Shown: positions 25,691-38,565 of the stretch, piece by piece
How the letters are laid out: every line of letters begins with the position of its first letter
Position numbering within the stretch: position 1 is the stretch's first letter
Assembly (NCBI RefSeq): GCF_006345805.1
Contig: NC_043012.1
Location: 15,314,001-15,378,000 of the forward strand
Source: Octopus sinensis
Taxonomy: Eukaryota
Reading direction: 5' to 3'
DNA: 64,000 bases
Translations under genes and position numbers: made by a program
Notes under the pieces: model-generated
The model's input: the letters and a program-made list of their open reading frames with translations, nothing else
Database searches by the model: none
What the model was told of the DNA's origin: nothing

Positions 25691-26465
25691 ATTATGGCTG
25701 CTCCCTCTTTATCGAGTATGGCCATTGCACGAAGCTTAACTGTTACTGGTGCTGTGATCGAATGTGACTTTTTAGCCCAGCTAAAGATCTACAATGTCTT
25801 GTACAGAATTGGCAACTAAAACCTTTACTGGTAATAGCCGGCTGTAGTTGTAACTGGGCTTCATGTAATTTTGCATGTCGTTTAAGTCCTCCTGCCGAAT
25901 TACACTCTCTTCCACATGCCCGACAGATATGCCTCAGACGGATCTATGGCATTAAGTGGAAAGACTGCATCAGTGATCTTGAAATACTCGAAGGCTCTCG
26001 GTGTGGAAGCATAGAAGCTCTTGTGTTAAAGCAAAGGCTCAGATGGAGTGGTCATCTGGTCAGAATGAAGGATTCAAGGATGCCAAAACAACTCTTTTAT
26101 GGAGAGTTAGCTAAAGGAGAACGACCTCCACATAAACCAAAAAAGAGGTATAAGGACTTGCTGAAGGCTTCCTTCAGAGATGCTTGTATCTCTCCTGACA
26201 CATGGGAAGGCATAGCTATTGATCGTAGCAGGTGGAGAAGGATTGTGCATGAGGGGACAGTCACGTTTGAGAAATCTCGAGTTGCACATGAGAAAGTAAG
26301 GAGGGATGTCAGGAAGGGCATCACTAGTAGACTTCCAGAAAGGAAGGGTCTCCCTTTGATTCTGACATGCAATGTCTGTGCAAGACCCTGCCTCAGTAAA
26401 GCTGGACTCAAGAGTCATCTTCGTAGTCATAAAACGAGACAGATGAGTGACAACCTGGCCACCGG
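25691..26465. mobile_element. RTE (BovB-like) LINE 3' fragment with an internal inversion, embedded in (CATA)n
   Basis: + strand: QRLRWSGHLVRMKDSRMPKQLFYGEL and a C2H2 finger; - strand 25781-25691: AGLKSHIRSQHQ* plus a short 3'UTR. Confidence 0.85.
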
Positions 26466-26489
26466 TGGTGGTGTAACACACCATACTAA

Positions 26490-26625
26490 TCACATACATA
26501 CATACATACATATATAGTACATACATACATACATGCATACATACATACATGCATACATACATATATACGTACATACATACATACATGCATACATACATAC
26601 ATATATACGTACATACATACATACA

Positions 26626-26659
<34 letters not shown>

Positions 26660-26765
26660 CATACATATATACGTACATACATACATACATACATACATAC
26701 ATACATACATACATACGCACACACATACGTACAGCCATGCATACACACATATACGCGTACATAGA
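26490..26765. repeat. (CATA)n microsatellite (also 25612-25690)
   Basis: Directly visible. Confidence 0.95.
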
Positions 26766-26890
26766 TGCATAGTGGGAAAGGAAGATACAATATTTGGGAG
26801 TCTTTGAGTTGGATAAGATCAAGGAGAAAGAAATGAAAATGTTAAAAGAAAAATATCCCAAACGGTTGAGACTTGTAATGGTGTCTAAAC

Positions 26891-27184
26891 CAGTGCTTCT
26901 CAAACTATCTGATGTGGCGTGCCGGCAGTTTTTTTCCCCCCCAATGTGCCAGGGACCTGTATTATTTCTTAGTAATATTAATTTACACCGGAAACAATAT
27001 ATATAATGAATATGATAAAAGTTGACAATTTTTGTTTATCTTATATTTATTTTGTAAACAAATAATACAATATTATGTAAGCATTTTATAAGGTTTCTTT
27101 CTTTTCTGGAAACTCGCCGCGTACCGGCAGCTGATGGCTCACGGACCGGCACCGGTCCGCGGATCACCACTTTGAGTAGCACTG
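26891..27184. mobile_element. hAT (Charlie-like) MITE
   Basis: TIRs CAGTGCTTCTCAAA / TTTGAGTAGCACTG; 8-bp TSD GTCTAAAC at 26883-26890 and 27185-27192. Confidence 0.9.
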
Positions 27185-27317
27185 GTCTAAACTGAATGGA
27201 AGGGATATGATCAATGCGACAAAAACATTGGCTGTGTCCCTCATACCCTACGAGGGCAGGGGTTATTAAATGGAGGAAAACAAATTAGAAAATACTGACA
27301 GGAGAACTAGGAAATTG

Positions 27318-27936
27318 GGATCTTTACCTTTTGACCGACAGATTTTAAAAATAATTTTTTGCAACTAAACACTTTCAAACTTCAGACACTGGTAGAATGT
27401 GTCATATAAAACAGGTTTTACTCTTAGCATTTTTGAGAAAAAACTTATATTTACGAAGTTATTTCATGTTAAAATTCTCGTATTTCGGTAATTTCAACCA
27501 ATCAATGACGTGTATTCAACTGAATAAAATTACTGCCGTTTTTTGTCGACAACAACTATCGGCGGTGTATATTTCGTTTGTCACTGTTATTTATGACATC
27601 GTTCGTGCGTTTGTACTGGGTTAGGGTTAGGGTTAAGGTTTTAGGGTTAGGTTTAGGGTTTTAGGGTTAGGGTTGTCAGTGACAAACGAAATATACACCG
27701 CCGGAAGTTCTTGTTAACAAACAACAGCAGTAATTATTTTCAGCTGAATACACGTCATTGATTGGTTGAAATTACCGAAATATAACTTTAACGTGAAATA
27801 ACTTCGTAAATATAAGTTTTTTCTCAAAAACGCTAAGAGTAAAAGACGTTTTATATGAGACATTCTACCAGTGCCTGAAGTTTGAAAGTGTTTAGTAACA
27901 AAAAATTATTCTTTAAATCTGTAGGTCAAAAGATCC
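27318..27936. mobile_element. Foldback MITE with about 265-bp TIRs and internal telomeric repeats
   Basis: Termini GGATCTTT...AAAGATCC; 8-bp TSD GGAAATTG at 27310-27317 and 27937-27944; (TTAGGG)n-like tract at 27617-27674. Confidence 0.9.
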
Positions 27937-30900
27937 GGAAATTGTGCTAAGAAGGCACTGCGAGAGTATAAAAGATGACATGATAGTGTTGTCAGATATA
28001 TCCACTGGATGATATTTGAGAAATATGGGCTTGCCAGAGCAGCTAACTGGTATGAACAGAAACCAGAAGGAATGTCAGCAAATGATAAATTTAAGCTTTT
28101 GTGGGACCATTCAATATGATAGAATGTTACCTTGCACACACACACACACGATTCTACCAGCTCGCCGCCTTATTGCGACTAAATATCAAATTAACTACTC
28201 AATCAGTCAAACATTTTTTCTACTTGAGAGGTATGGGTTTCGATACTCTGTAGCGGATTGCAGGCCACTTTATAACATATTTTTTCATAATCTCCAGGAA
28301 GTGAGTATGGTTAAAAAAAGTTGATTGATTTTAGCAGCTCTTTGAAAGTTTCATATTTGTACGGAACTGTCAATGAGAATTACATTGAATTCTGACATTG
28401 ACACAAGACTATAAATTCTAGAAATTCGATATAGTCAATTATACTAATTATATCAACCGCAGGAAGATGTAAGGTAAGATGATTTTGCTGTGAAACGAAG
28501 TCAGAAGTTGAGCTTTTAGTTAGGCTATGAAGCTGTAATGCACCTCAGTAAAAACGTGTATTGGTGCGCAGCATATCGGCCAGAGACAGCTTTAATCATA
28601 AGATATTTTGTGAACATAATAAATAATGTAATTGATACGTTATCGGCTCGTGAGTAAAGGTAATAATGTTCAATCTAATCAATAAGAGATTTATAATAGG
28701 AAAATACACTTGAGTGTAGTCTTACAGGAGAAACATTAAATTACTTGTTTCATGCATTAGATTAATTATTCATTGAGAGAAAAGCAATATTAGTTATTGA
28801 TTTACATAATTTTAAATATATCAATAAATACTGGAGGGAAGTTCTACTGTTCTCACTCTGGTCAAAAAAGTAATGAGAAAATCACAAAGTGAATGTAATC
28901 TGGTTGGTGCGAAAGTAATTGCAGATGTTAACTATCGATTTTGCAGCAATATATCTCAGTTTAGTATAAATTTCATTAATCGAAATGATAGCCATTAAAA
29001 TCAATGTAACTTTTACCTATATGAAGTAAGTTGTGGCTGTTAACATGTCGCTACCACTTGTACTAGAGAATGCGCCGGCTAAGACTACGCGCCTTCACTA
29101 GTCAGTTAAGGTGAGACAGTGTCACGTGACAACTTGCTGGGGCTGCCTACTGGAGCCTAGCGGCAGGTATTTAAAGGGAAAAATTTGACAAGTCAGTCAG
29201 TCACCGGCTGACGATACATCGAAGAGGCCAGGGAACAGAAGACATGCACCCAACACCAGAGCTGAAGACACCTCCGAAAGGGGAGGGGGCACCACGTCAA
29301 AACGGTAGAGGAGTAGGGGCCGAAACCGGACGTGGTTCCTCCTGATGATGTCTTGAGCTAACTGGATCCTATAAAGGAGCTGTTGTGATAGCAGACCACG
29401 AAACACGGTTGTAATTCCTGCTAGGATCTGTAAATGGTTGCTGATGTTGGGAGCTGTTGGCTACTGACTGTTATTTCTAGCGTCGGAGGTCAACAGTTGT
29501 ACATAGAAGAAAACGACGAAATCTGGTGAGATTATTACGAATAAACTTTTATTCCTTTTGAGAGTTTAGATGTTACCGTTCTTGGTGTAATTAAAATAGT
29601 ATTCGAAAAGTTACTGCTAGTCGTTGTGCTGCTGCCGGTAGTTCGTTATGATGATATTAGCTCGGTCCAGCCACTTGCTCGTGTCTGTTCGCTATCCGTC
29701 TGCCTTGAAGCGCGCCAAAAGCTGATATTGGCCACTGGAGCCTATTCCGCGTGGAGTCGTGATTGGCCAGATTTTGTTGATCATTTGGGTAAAAGTCTTT
29801 GCAGACGAAGTCGCGATTGGTCGGTTTCGCTGATTAAATGGGCTACATTCCAGCGAATCGCGACATCAGGTGATTGCTGAATATTCCGCCACAAAGATCT
29901 ATTTATTCTAGTTACATATAGCATTCAATTCTGGAGTCTTGAAATAGATGAATTCTTCGAGGACCTTTAAAAGAAAAAATTACGGTTTTTGTTATTTGTT
30001 ATTAGTTGTTGAAGACCTTCTTTCACAGGTAATCAAAATGTTTGTGATAGCAGGGGTTGGCCAGGATTATGTGAGGGTTTCGAAGTTATGTTATTTCAAT
30101 TTCTGTAGTTTTTGATGCACTTTGTTGATTTCTTAGCAGCTTTTCCTTGTTGTGATAGTTTACCTGAATTCAAGAAATAGTAATAGATAATTCCACCTGT
30201 CGAGCCCAAACAATAAACAAACTATTTTTGATGTAAAGTGCTTTAGTGCTTCAACCCCTGTCCAGCCACTGTACTGAATGCTGTCTGTCAGTCATCGTAT
30301 AGAATTTTTTGTCACCCCACAAAGCCATCAAAAAAGTGAATTATTTTGTTGTACAAAAAAGAAGCGATGAGTAGACTTCGTAATGGAAATATTTGTTGTT
30401 ATCACGCAGGATTCATTAATCGGAATTTTTCAAAATTCAATGACAATATCGAACAATGCAATGCAAATGTCGAACCACTGTTGAATAGTCAAAGTTCAAT
30501 CCTTTAACCCCTCGAGTTGTTTTGCGTGGGTCTCTTCAATAGTGGTCCTCAAAAAGTTATCAATCGTAGAAAGTCTTCCCAAATTTTCCGCATCTTCAAG
30601 GCTCTCGTCTTGTACTACGAAATTTTCATACAATATAATCGCTCGAGTTTAATCCTCCACCTATCATTGATTTGATAGCCTAAAACAGAGAAAAATAAAC
30701 AACGAAAGCAAAACTACTAGTATAAATCAATATACTGAAATCTATACTTCAGAGTGTTATATGAGTAGGGAAGACCGGGGTCAGTTGACTACATTTTTTA
30801 CATTTTCACTGACAGAGCAATACTATTCAATGTATTCTACTGCATCTTGTATTGCACGCATAAATCAACCACAGCAGAAGACTTACAAAGCTAGAGATCT

Positions 30901-31387
30901 CATCTGCTTATTGTCTGGATTTATATTTTGTGCATTTTCTAAGACCACTTAAATGTGTCAACTTGCCCCGATACCGTGGAAGGGTTACCCTCTCGCTTTT
31001 GCGTTTGTAGTGTCGTACCATGGCAATTGTAGATCTATGCCTGTAAAGAGAGCGAGAGAGAGGGAGAAAAAAAGCAATTTAGCTCATTGCATAATCCAAC
31101 AGTGAAAGCAAAACGAATGCTTATATAACAGTGGTACAGGTTTGTAACGGCAGATATTGATTAGGTGCACATTATTATGAAATGTCGGTGGAGGCAATTG
31201 TAACGATAAGGATTTGTGGTTATAATTGTTTTCTGTAGGATGTGAAAGATGAACAATGCATGAAGTTTTAAGGAAATGTTTATTTGCCGTTACGTTACAA
31301 ATACCTTGTCTCGACGGGCAGGTTATGATAAATGCAAAAGCATGCGAAACAAAGTTTGTGTTTGTGAACTCTTCATTGTTTAGTAGT

Positions 31388-31452
<65 letters not shown>

Positions 31453-31854
31453 AATGATAAGAGAGTAGAATTAGAGCTAGAGAGAATTGTAGGGTGTGGA
31501 AAGTTGTCTCACAGCTGCTGGCAGTAAACTTAATTTCTCCCTCTGACACACTGTGTCAACGTGCCCCTGTTTACATGTGTCAACTTGCCCCGACCCCATT
31601 CCCCTCGTAAATGTAAACACTGAGAGAAAGCCACTAGGGTTTCGCAAGAATCCATTTGTATAGAGTCGTGAGAGATATTTTACTAACTCCTTAAGGTTTA
31701 ATACACATAATGCAGTCTTAAATAATATCCAAAATAACTAATAATCAAAAATGTCGACAATAACTTACCAAGTGGAAAATTCCAATGTTGTCCGCGTGTA
31801 GCAGACAAACTCTCACAACGGCGACGAAATCAAATGAGGGGGAAGCTTATACTA

Positions 31855-32400
31855 ACAGCACTACTACTGTGTCTGAACGTGTCAAAGTCCTGTCATCTGC
31901 CTGTTGGCTCTCCTCCTGCAACTCAACTTGATTTCGAGCCGGATCGTCTACTGCTGGAGAGGACCGATCAGGTAAAGGACCTGGGTATCTTGGTGGATTC
32001 CGCCTTTTCGCCTTCGTCCCAGTGCGTCCATGCTGCCAACAAAGCACGCGGAGTTCTGTTCTTGATTCGACGGTCATTCGGAATGCTCACAGCAGCCATA
32101 TTCCTACCGCTCTATGTCACGCTGGTGAGACCCATATTGGAGTACGGGATTCAAGCCTCTTCTCCTTATCTCCTCAAAGACATACAGCATCTCGAAAGAG
32201 TCTAGAAGCTGGCTACCCGCATGGTTCTTGGTCTCAAGAATTTGTCTTATGAAGAAAGGCTGAAAACGCCCAACCTTTATTCTCTAGAAAAACGACGACG
32301 CCGTGGTGATCTCATTCTTGCTCACAACATCATAAGCGGAAAGTGTAATCTCTCGAAAGAGCTGTTCTTCACTCATGCTCCAGAGCGTCGGCTGCGGGGT
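31855..32400 (+). mobile_element. CR1/L2-group LINE fragment (region C-terminal to RT)
   Basis: KDLGILVD, LYVTLVRPILEYG, LSYEERLK, LYSLEKRRRRGDLI. Confidence 0.9.
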
Positions 32401-33615
32401 CCATTTGCTGTCAATATCCGTTGAACGGAGGACTGGGCATGCCGTGGTTGATGATGCGCAGGCATGGGCTGAGACTGCGACATCTCTGGAACTTCATCGA
32501 TGACGGTGAACAGGTGTGGGCGCCGTTTGTGAGGCGCGCCTTCCCGCAGCTCGTCTCACTGACCGAACTGCAAACGTGGATCAGGAAGAGACCGAAACTG
32601 GGCGATTGGCACCGAGAGTGTCGCCAAGCTCTACAGCAGCTCTGCCGACCGGGGTCAAACTTGTGCAACTTACAAACGACTAAAGCGTTCTATAGAGGAC
32701 TAGTGGAGGGGAGGTCCGACGACACACTCGGGGCAAACCTGGGCGTCGACGAGAAATTCCTAACCCGCCTGTTCAGGACGACTTTCGGGACGGGGCCTAT
32801 GGATAACTTCCAGAAATCCCTGGCTTGGCAATGCTATCGAGACGCACTACCTGTTCGAGAGAAGAGCTACAGGCACGGATCGAAAACCATCACCGGACCG
32901 ACCTGCCCGATATGCGGTCAGAGCGACGAAACCGTTCTGCACGCACTCGTGCAGTGTTCAGATATTTCAGAGCTGTGGACCTTCGTCGAACAGCTGTTGT
33001 CGCGCGTAGGTCGGGCCCGCCTATCGGCCGAGTCTATCGTGAATATTGTTCTACCACCTTCCTTTAAACGGGAAGGGAAAACGATTTTCGTTACGCTGAT
33101 GGCTATGGCGAAAGAATGTGTGTGGTGGACGCGTTTGAAAGGACTGCAAACAAACACCTTCCTCTCTGGTCAGTCTCTCGTCAACTTTTTCAAGTACCAC
33201 TTGAAAAGGAGGATGAGAATAGAGAGGAAGGCTTTGTCGAACGAATGTTTTAATAAAAAGTGGGTAAAAGTGGCAAAAATGGTCAGTATGAAAGACGACA
33301 CTATTTTAAGCGTAAATCTGTAACCAAAAGAGACAACGAGAGGTAAGGCGACTTACTCATGTGTTCATTTTCGAACTGTCTGAGGTGACCTTGGTCTTTT
33401 TGTAGGTTTTTCTTTCCAGGGCTACACCTAAACTGTGAACTTTATTTATATACATATATATTATATTTTTATACACCACACAACCCACAGATCCCTATTG
33501 ATCGACCTTTTTTTTCTTTGTGTCCCACCCATCCCGCCTCGAAAAGAAAAAAACTCTACATTGTATTTCGTCCATTTTTATTCTGTGTTTAGCCCTGTGT
33601 GGCCACAATAAAAAG
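32401..33615 (+). mobile_element. L1/Tx1-clade LINE 3' end (ORF2 C-terminus with Cys-rich domain, plus 3'UTR)
   Basis: Uninterrupted ORF 32421-33323 with GGLGMP, WQCYRDALPVR, CPICGQSDETVLHALVQC; AATAAA at about 33607, then microsatellites. Confidence 0.88.
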
Positions 33616-34100
<485 letters not shown>

Positions 34101-34392
34101 CTTTCTCCCTCCCCTCCCCCATCTCTCTCATATCCCTACAGACTATTACAAACTTGTTAAACAGGTTCGTTATTGGCGACAGATTTCTTTTTATAAACTC
34201 CTGGGATTTACTTCTTTCCCCCTTAACCTCTCTTTTTGCTCTCTTCTTTCATTACTTGTTTTTCTAAACTAAAATCAGCTTTAAGAATGTCGGTTTGGTA
34301 TAGAAAGCAATCACTTGTGTGTCAGTGATTCTAGTCTGTCTTTAACTTTAAAATCTGGACAACTGTATTGTTGCTGATTGAAACTTTAGATT

Positions 34393-35522
34393 TGTAGCGT
34401 AACTGATATCCTCACTGTTTGAGAGACATATTAGAAATGATCTCGTGGTAGATAACAACCATCTTTGGCTAGTTTAACCCTGTTGTGTCCACTGCTCTGA
34501 TTGGTTGGCGTTGGCGCAGTTTGTCTGTCGACTTATTTCGCGCCAGTGTGTAAGCCAACGAATCACGGCCTTCGGATAAGGTCCCATGACAGTCTTTTTG
34601 GGGTTCTCACTGGAGCCCACCATCGGCTTTATAAGGCCCCAGCATTCACTATTTCTCGTCCTTTGGCTGTAGACCTTTTAAGGTCTAGTCACTGACCACA
34701 GAGCTACTCAATCATGTTCCTGCAACACCGGTCTTAGGTTCCAGTCCTATTCAGGACTAACCTCTGACCCCGAGCGACTCATCCATGTTCCAGTTCTAGC
34801 GACAGACGACCAGTCAGTCAACCATGTTCCTGATCCAGCTATGACGATGCTAATATACACCAGCAGCGTATGACGTCTCCACCACCTTCGCCGTTACCAG
34901 CGTCAACTTCAAATACGTACACAGCACTCGTTCAGGTTTAAACTCCACGCTGTTGTGAATATTTCAACGAGGTAAACACTTCCAGTCTACCTGAAAGAAC
35001 TTTCTGTATCAAGAGACTCGGCACGGCATCAAAGCCACAACAGCTACACGACATGTGTCCAACCGGCATTCTGCCTCGTGACCCCCAACAATTTGTTACA
35101 GAACTATTGCTATTTTGTACCTCACTTACGAACTGGTAAACCAATTCCATCTTAACTCAATATGCTGATCTTATGCTCTGTATTCTGTTTTATACGCATA
35201 CACCTTCTGTCGCACACACGAACACACAGACACAAGCACCTATGCGCACGCATTCAGACACTACACTTTGCTAGCACCCATACTTTATCTTTGTACACTT
35301 TGTAAATAAAGTCTTCTTCTCTCTCAAACAGTAGAACGGTTGTCGTTTTCATTTATTCCTTTTGGCACTGTATCTTATATCATGTATTTGACTTCTTATT
35401 TTGTTAGGGGCGACTGTGCGGCGTTCAAAAGGAGACATCATCGGTAACCACAGAGCCGCAGGTTTTATGTCGGAGTTATCCCAGTTACCTGAGTTACCTT
35501 CTCCTAGAAGGATGCCCTAACA
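34393..35522 (+). mobile_element. Solo LTR-like element (boundaries approximate)
   Basis: Starts TGTAGC, has TATA-like TTTATAAGG and AATAAA; shares CCCTGTTGTGTCCACT.CTCTGATTGG and GGTCTAG.CACTGAC blocks with 41340-41913 and 56453-57437. Confidence 0.6.
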
Positions 35523-35622
35523 AGGGCTAGGAGTCCTTCACTCCCAATGGTTTAACCGCGCGTTCGGGTATTCAGTTCGATTATTTCTATGTCCCCGCGC
35601 ATGATACATCCTTAAGACATTT

Positions 35623-35839
35623 ATTGGATGGCCGTTGACTCTCAAGAATTCCTCCGCCCTTTGATGGGTTTTGTTTTTCTTCCCGCAGAGTGTCCAATAA
35701 ACACCCTCCTCACCAAGCAAGCTGTATAGGTCCCTTTACCTTTCCCTTGGGGTTGCCGGTTTAGTCGCCGACAACCCGACCATGCAACAGGTTGTACTGG
35801 GTTACATGTTACCAGTAGCACTCGAAAGTGACCTGACAT

Positions 35840-35876
<37 letters not shown>

Positions 35877-37003
35877 AGATCTTTTCTGTTTGGCTGCACC
35901 TGTGGAAATTTTAAAGTTTAGTGAAAATACATACAACCAAATATACAAGACTCCTGAGACCCCCCTTCGGTCATGACTGACCATGGGATTGCACCTAGAA
36001 AGTTACCCTCCCAGGCACAAGTCCGGGCAAGGTTGTTTATGGAAGACCAGCAGTCGCCAAACATACCACCCTCCCCTCTCCACATCACCGGTGTTACCCA
36101 AGGGAAAGGTAAAGGGGCCTATACAGCTTGGCACCTGTGACGTCGCAACTCATTTCTACAGCTGAGTGAACTGAAGCAACGTGAAATAAAGTATCTTGCT
36201 CAAGAACACAACACGCAGCCCGATCCAGGATTCGAACTCACAGCCTCACGATCCTAAGTTCGACGCTCTAACCACTGAGCCATGCGCCTTCACAAATATA
36301 TGCAAGTACAAGTATGCATATTCACATACGTGCACGCGTGCGCGCGCACACACACACACACACGCTCATACTATTGCTTTAGATTATTAAAAAAAAACCG
36401 TAAGATGTGAGTTAAGTGAGTGACAAAGTAACTCAGAACTGAGATGAACTTAACACCTTGTGGTATTCAATGACGTCCTTTTACATTCTGAGTTGAAATC
36501 CCGTCGGCGCGGTCTTTGCCTTTCATCTCCACGAGGTCGATTAAATAAGACCGTTCATAGTTGTCACGATTATGATCCTTATAACCATAATTTCATGTTC
36601 ATTCTATCATACTACATAATTAAGTAATTCCAGTTGTACTGCATCTGTAATAATCATAGACGAGGACGAAGTATAGCAGGATGCGAAGTAGAGTAAGCTG
36701 TTGTGACAGAAGCTAAAACGGTGATTTTCTATTTAATTACAATATGACAACTTGAGATGATATTGCATTGTTACGCCTTCATTTAGCTTCCCAGGTTTGA
36801 CCTGAATAAAAAAAAGAGCTGTCATCATTTTGTTTTCACTGCATAACTGTCTATCTTTTCATTTTTTAAAATTAATCCTTTACTTTTTAAGACAACAGCG
36901 AGTGATTCGAGCTAAATTTATTTAATCATTTCTTTTAGGTTTTATCAGAGAGTAGGAGTGTCAAGCAGGTTTAATCTGGCTTCGGCTCAACTTATATTAT
37001 ATA

Positions 37004-37047
<44 letters not shown>

Positions 37048-37309
37048 TATATATATATAATATATATATATATAAGTAATATATATATATATTGGATGGC
37101 CGTTGACTCTCAAGAATTCATCCGCCCTTTGATGGGTTTTGTTTTTCTTCCCGCAGAGTGTCCAATAAACACCCTCCTCACAAGCAAGCTGTATAGGTCC
37201 CTTACCTTTCCTTGGGGTTGCCGGTTTAGTCGCCGACAACCCGACCATGCAACAGGTTGTACTGGGTACATGTTACAGTAGCACTCGAAAGTGACCTGAC
37301 ATAAACACA

Positions 37310-37356
<47 letters not shown>

Positions 37357-38476
37357 AGATCTTTTGTTTGGCTTGCACATGTGGAAATTTTAAAGTTTAG
37401 TGAAAATACATACAACCAAATATACAAGACTCCTGAGACCCCCCTTCGGTCATGACTGACCATGGGATTGCACCACCTAGAAAGTTACCCTCCAGGCACA
37501 AGTCACGGGCAAGGTTGTTTATGGAAGACCAGCAGTCGCCAAAACATCCACCCTCCCCTCTCCACATCACCGGGTTACCCAAGGGAAGGTTAAAGGCCTA
37601 TACAGCTTGGCACCTGTGACGTCGCAACTCATTCTACAGCTGAGTGAACTGAAGCAACGTGAAATAAAGTATCTTGCTCAAGAACACAACACGCAGCCCG
37701 ATCCAGGATTCGAACTCACAGCCTCACGATCCTAAGTTCGACGCTCTAACCACTGAGCCATGCGCCTTCACAAATATATGCAAGTACAAGTATGCATATT
37801 CACATACGTGCACGCGTGCGCGCGCGCCACACCACACCCACGCTCATACTATTGCTTTAGATTATTAAAAAAAAACCGTAAGATGTGAGTTAAGTGAGTG
37901 ACAAAGTAACTCAGAACTGAGATGAACTTAACACCTTGTGGTATTCAATGACGTCCTTTTACATTCTGAGTTGAAATCCCGTCGGCGCGGTCTTTGCCTT
38001 TCATCTCCACGAGGTCGATTAAATAAGACCGTTCATAGTTGTCACGATTATGATCCTTATAACCATAATTTCATGTTCATTCTACCATACTACATAATTA
38101 AGTAATTCCAGTTGTACTGCATCTGTAATAATCATAGACGAGGACGAAGTATAGCAGGATGCGAAGTAGAGTAAGCTGTTTGTGACAGAAGCTAAAACCG
38201 GTGATTTTCTATTTAATTACAATATGACAACTTGAGATGATATTGCATTTGTTACGCCTTCATTTAGCTTCCCAGGTTTGACCTGAATAAAAAAAAGAGC
38301 TGTCATCATTTTGTTATTCACTGCATAACTTGTCTATCTTTTCATTTTTTAAAATTAATCCTTTACTTTTTAAGACAACAGCGAGTGATTCGAGCTAAAT
38401 TTATTTAATCATTTCTTTTAGGTTTTATCAGAGAGTAGGAGTGTCAAGCAGGTTTAATCTGGCTTCCGGCTCAACT

Positions 38477-38479
<3 letters not shown>
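35623..38479. repeat. Tandem duplication of an about 1.4-kb unit separated by (TA)n
   Basis: Copy 1 35623-36995 and copy 2 37091-38479 are nearly identical. Confidence 0.95.
35957..36293 (-). mobile_element. tRNA-derived SINE (family E)
   Basis: Minus strand GGCGCATGGCTCAGTGGTTAGAGCG...GAGTTCGAATCC...CTTGAGCAAG; copies at about 37437-37770 and 53310-53643. Confidence 0.8.
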
Positions 38480-38535
<56 letters not shown>

Positions 38536-38565
38536 TATATATTTTATGTATATGTATATATATAT

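Larger units (their letters stand above)
26775..28122 (+). mobile_element. R4/Dong-like LINE fragment interrupted by two DNA transposons
   Basis: YLGVFELDKIKEKEMK...RLRLVMVSK|LNGRDMINA rejoins across the hAT insertion; downstream HDSVVRYIHW...KYGL...NWYEQKPEG...KLLWD. Confidence 0.7.

Noticed and set aside
26107-26903. Long ORFs rich in MYVC/HTYI (also 33520-34272, 47997-48383, 54363-54720)
   Set aside because: Translations of microsatellites
30496-30679. Possible terminal exon on the - strand after a good acceptor
   Set aside because: All three frames from the acceptor stop within about 20 codons, and no coding upstream exon was found
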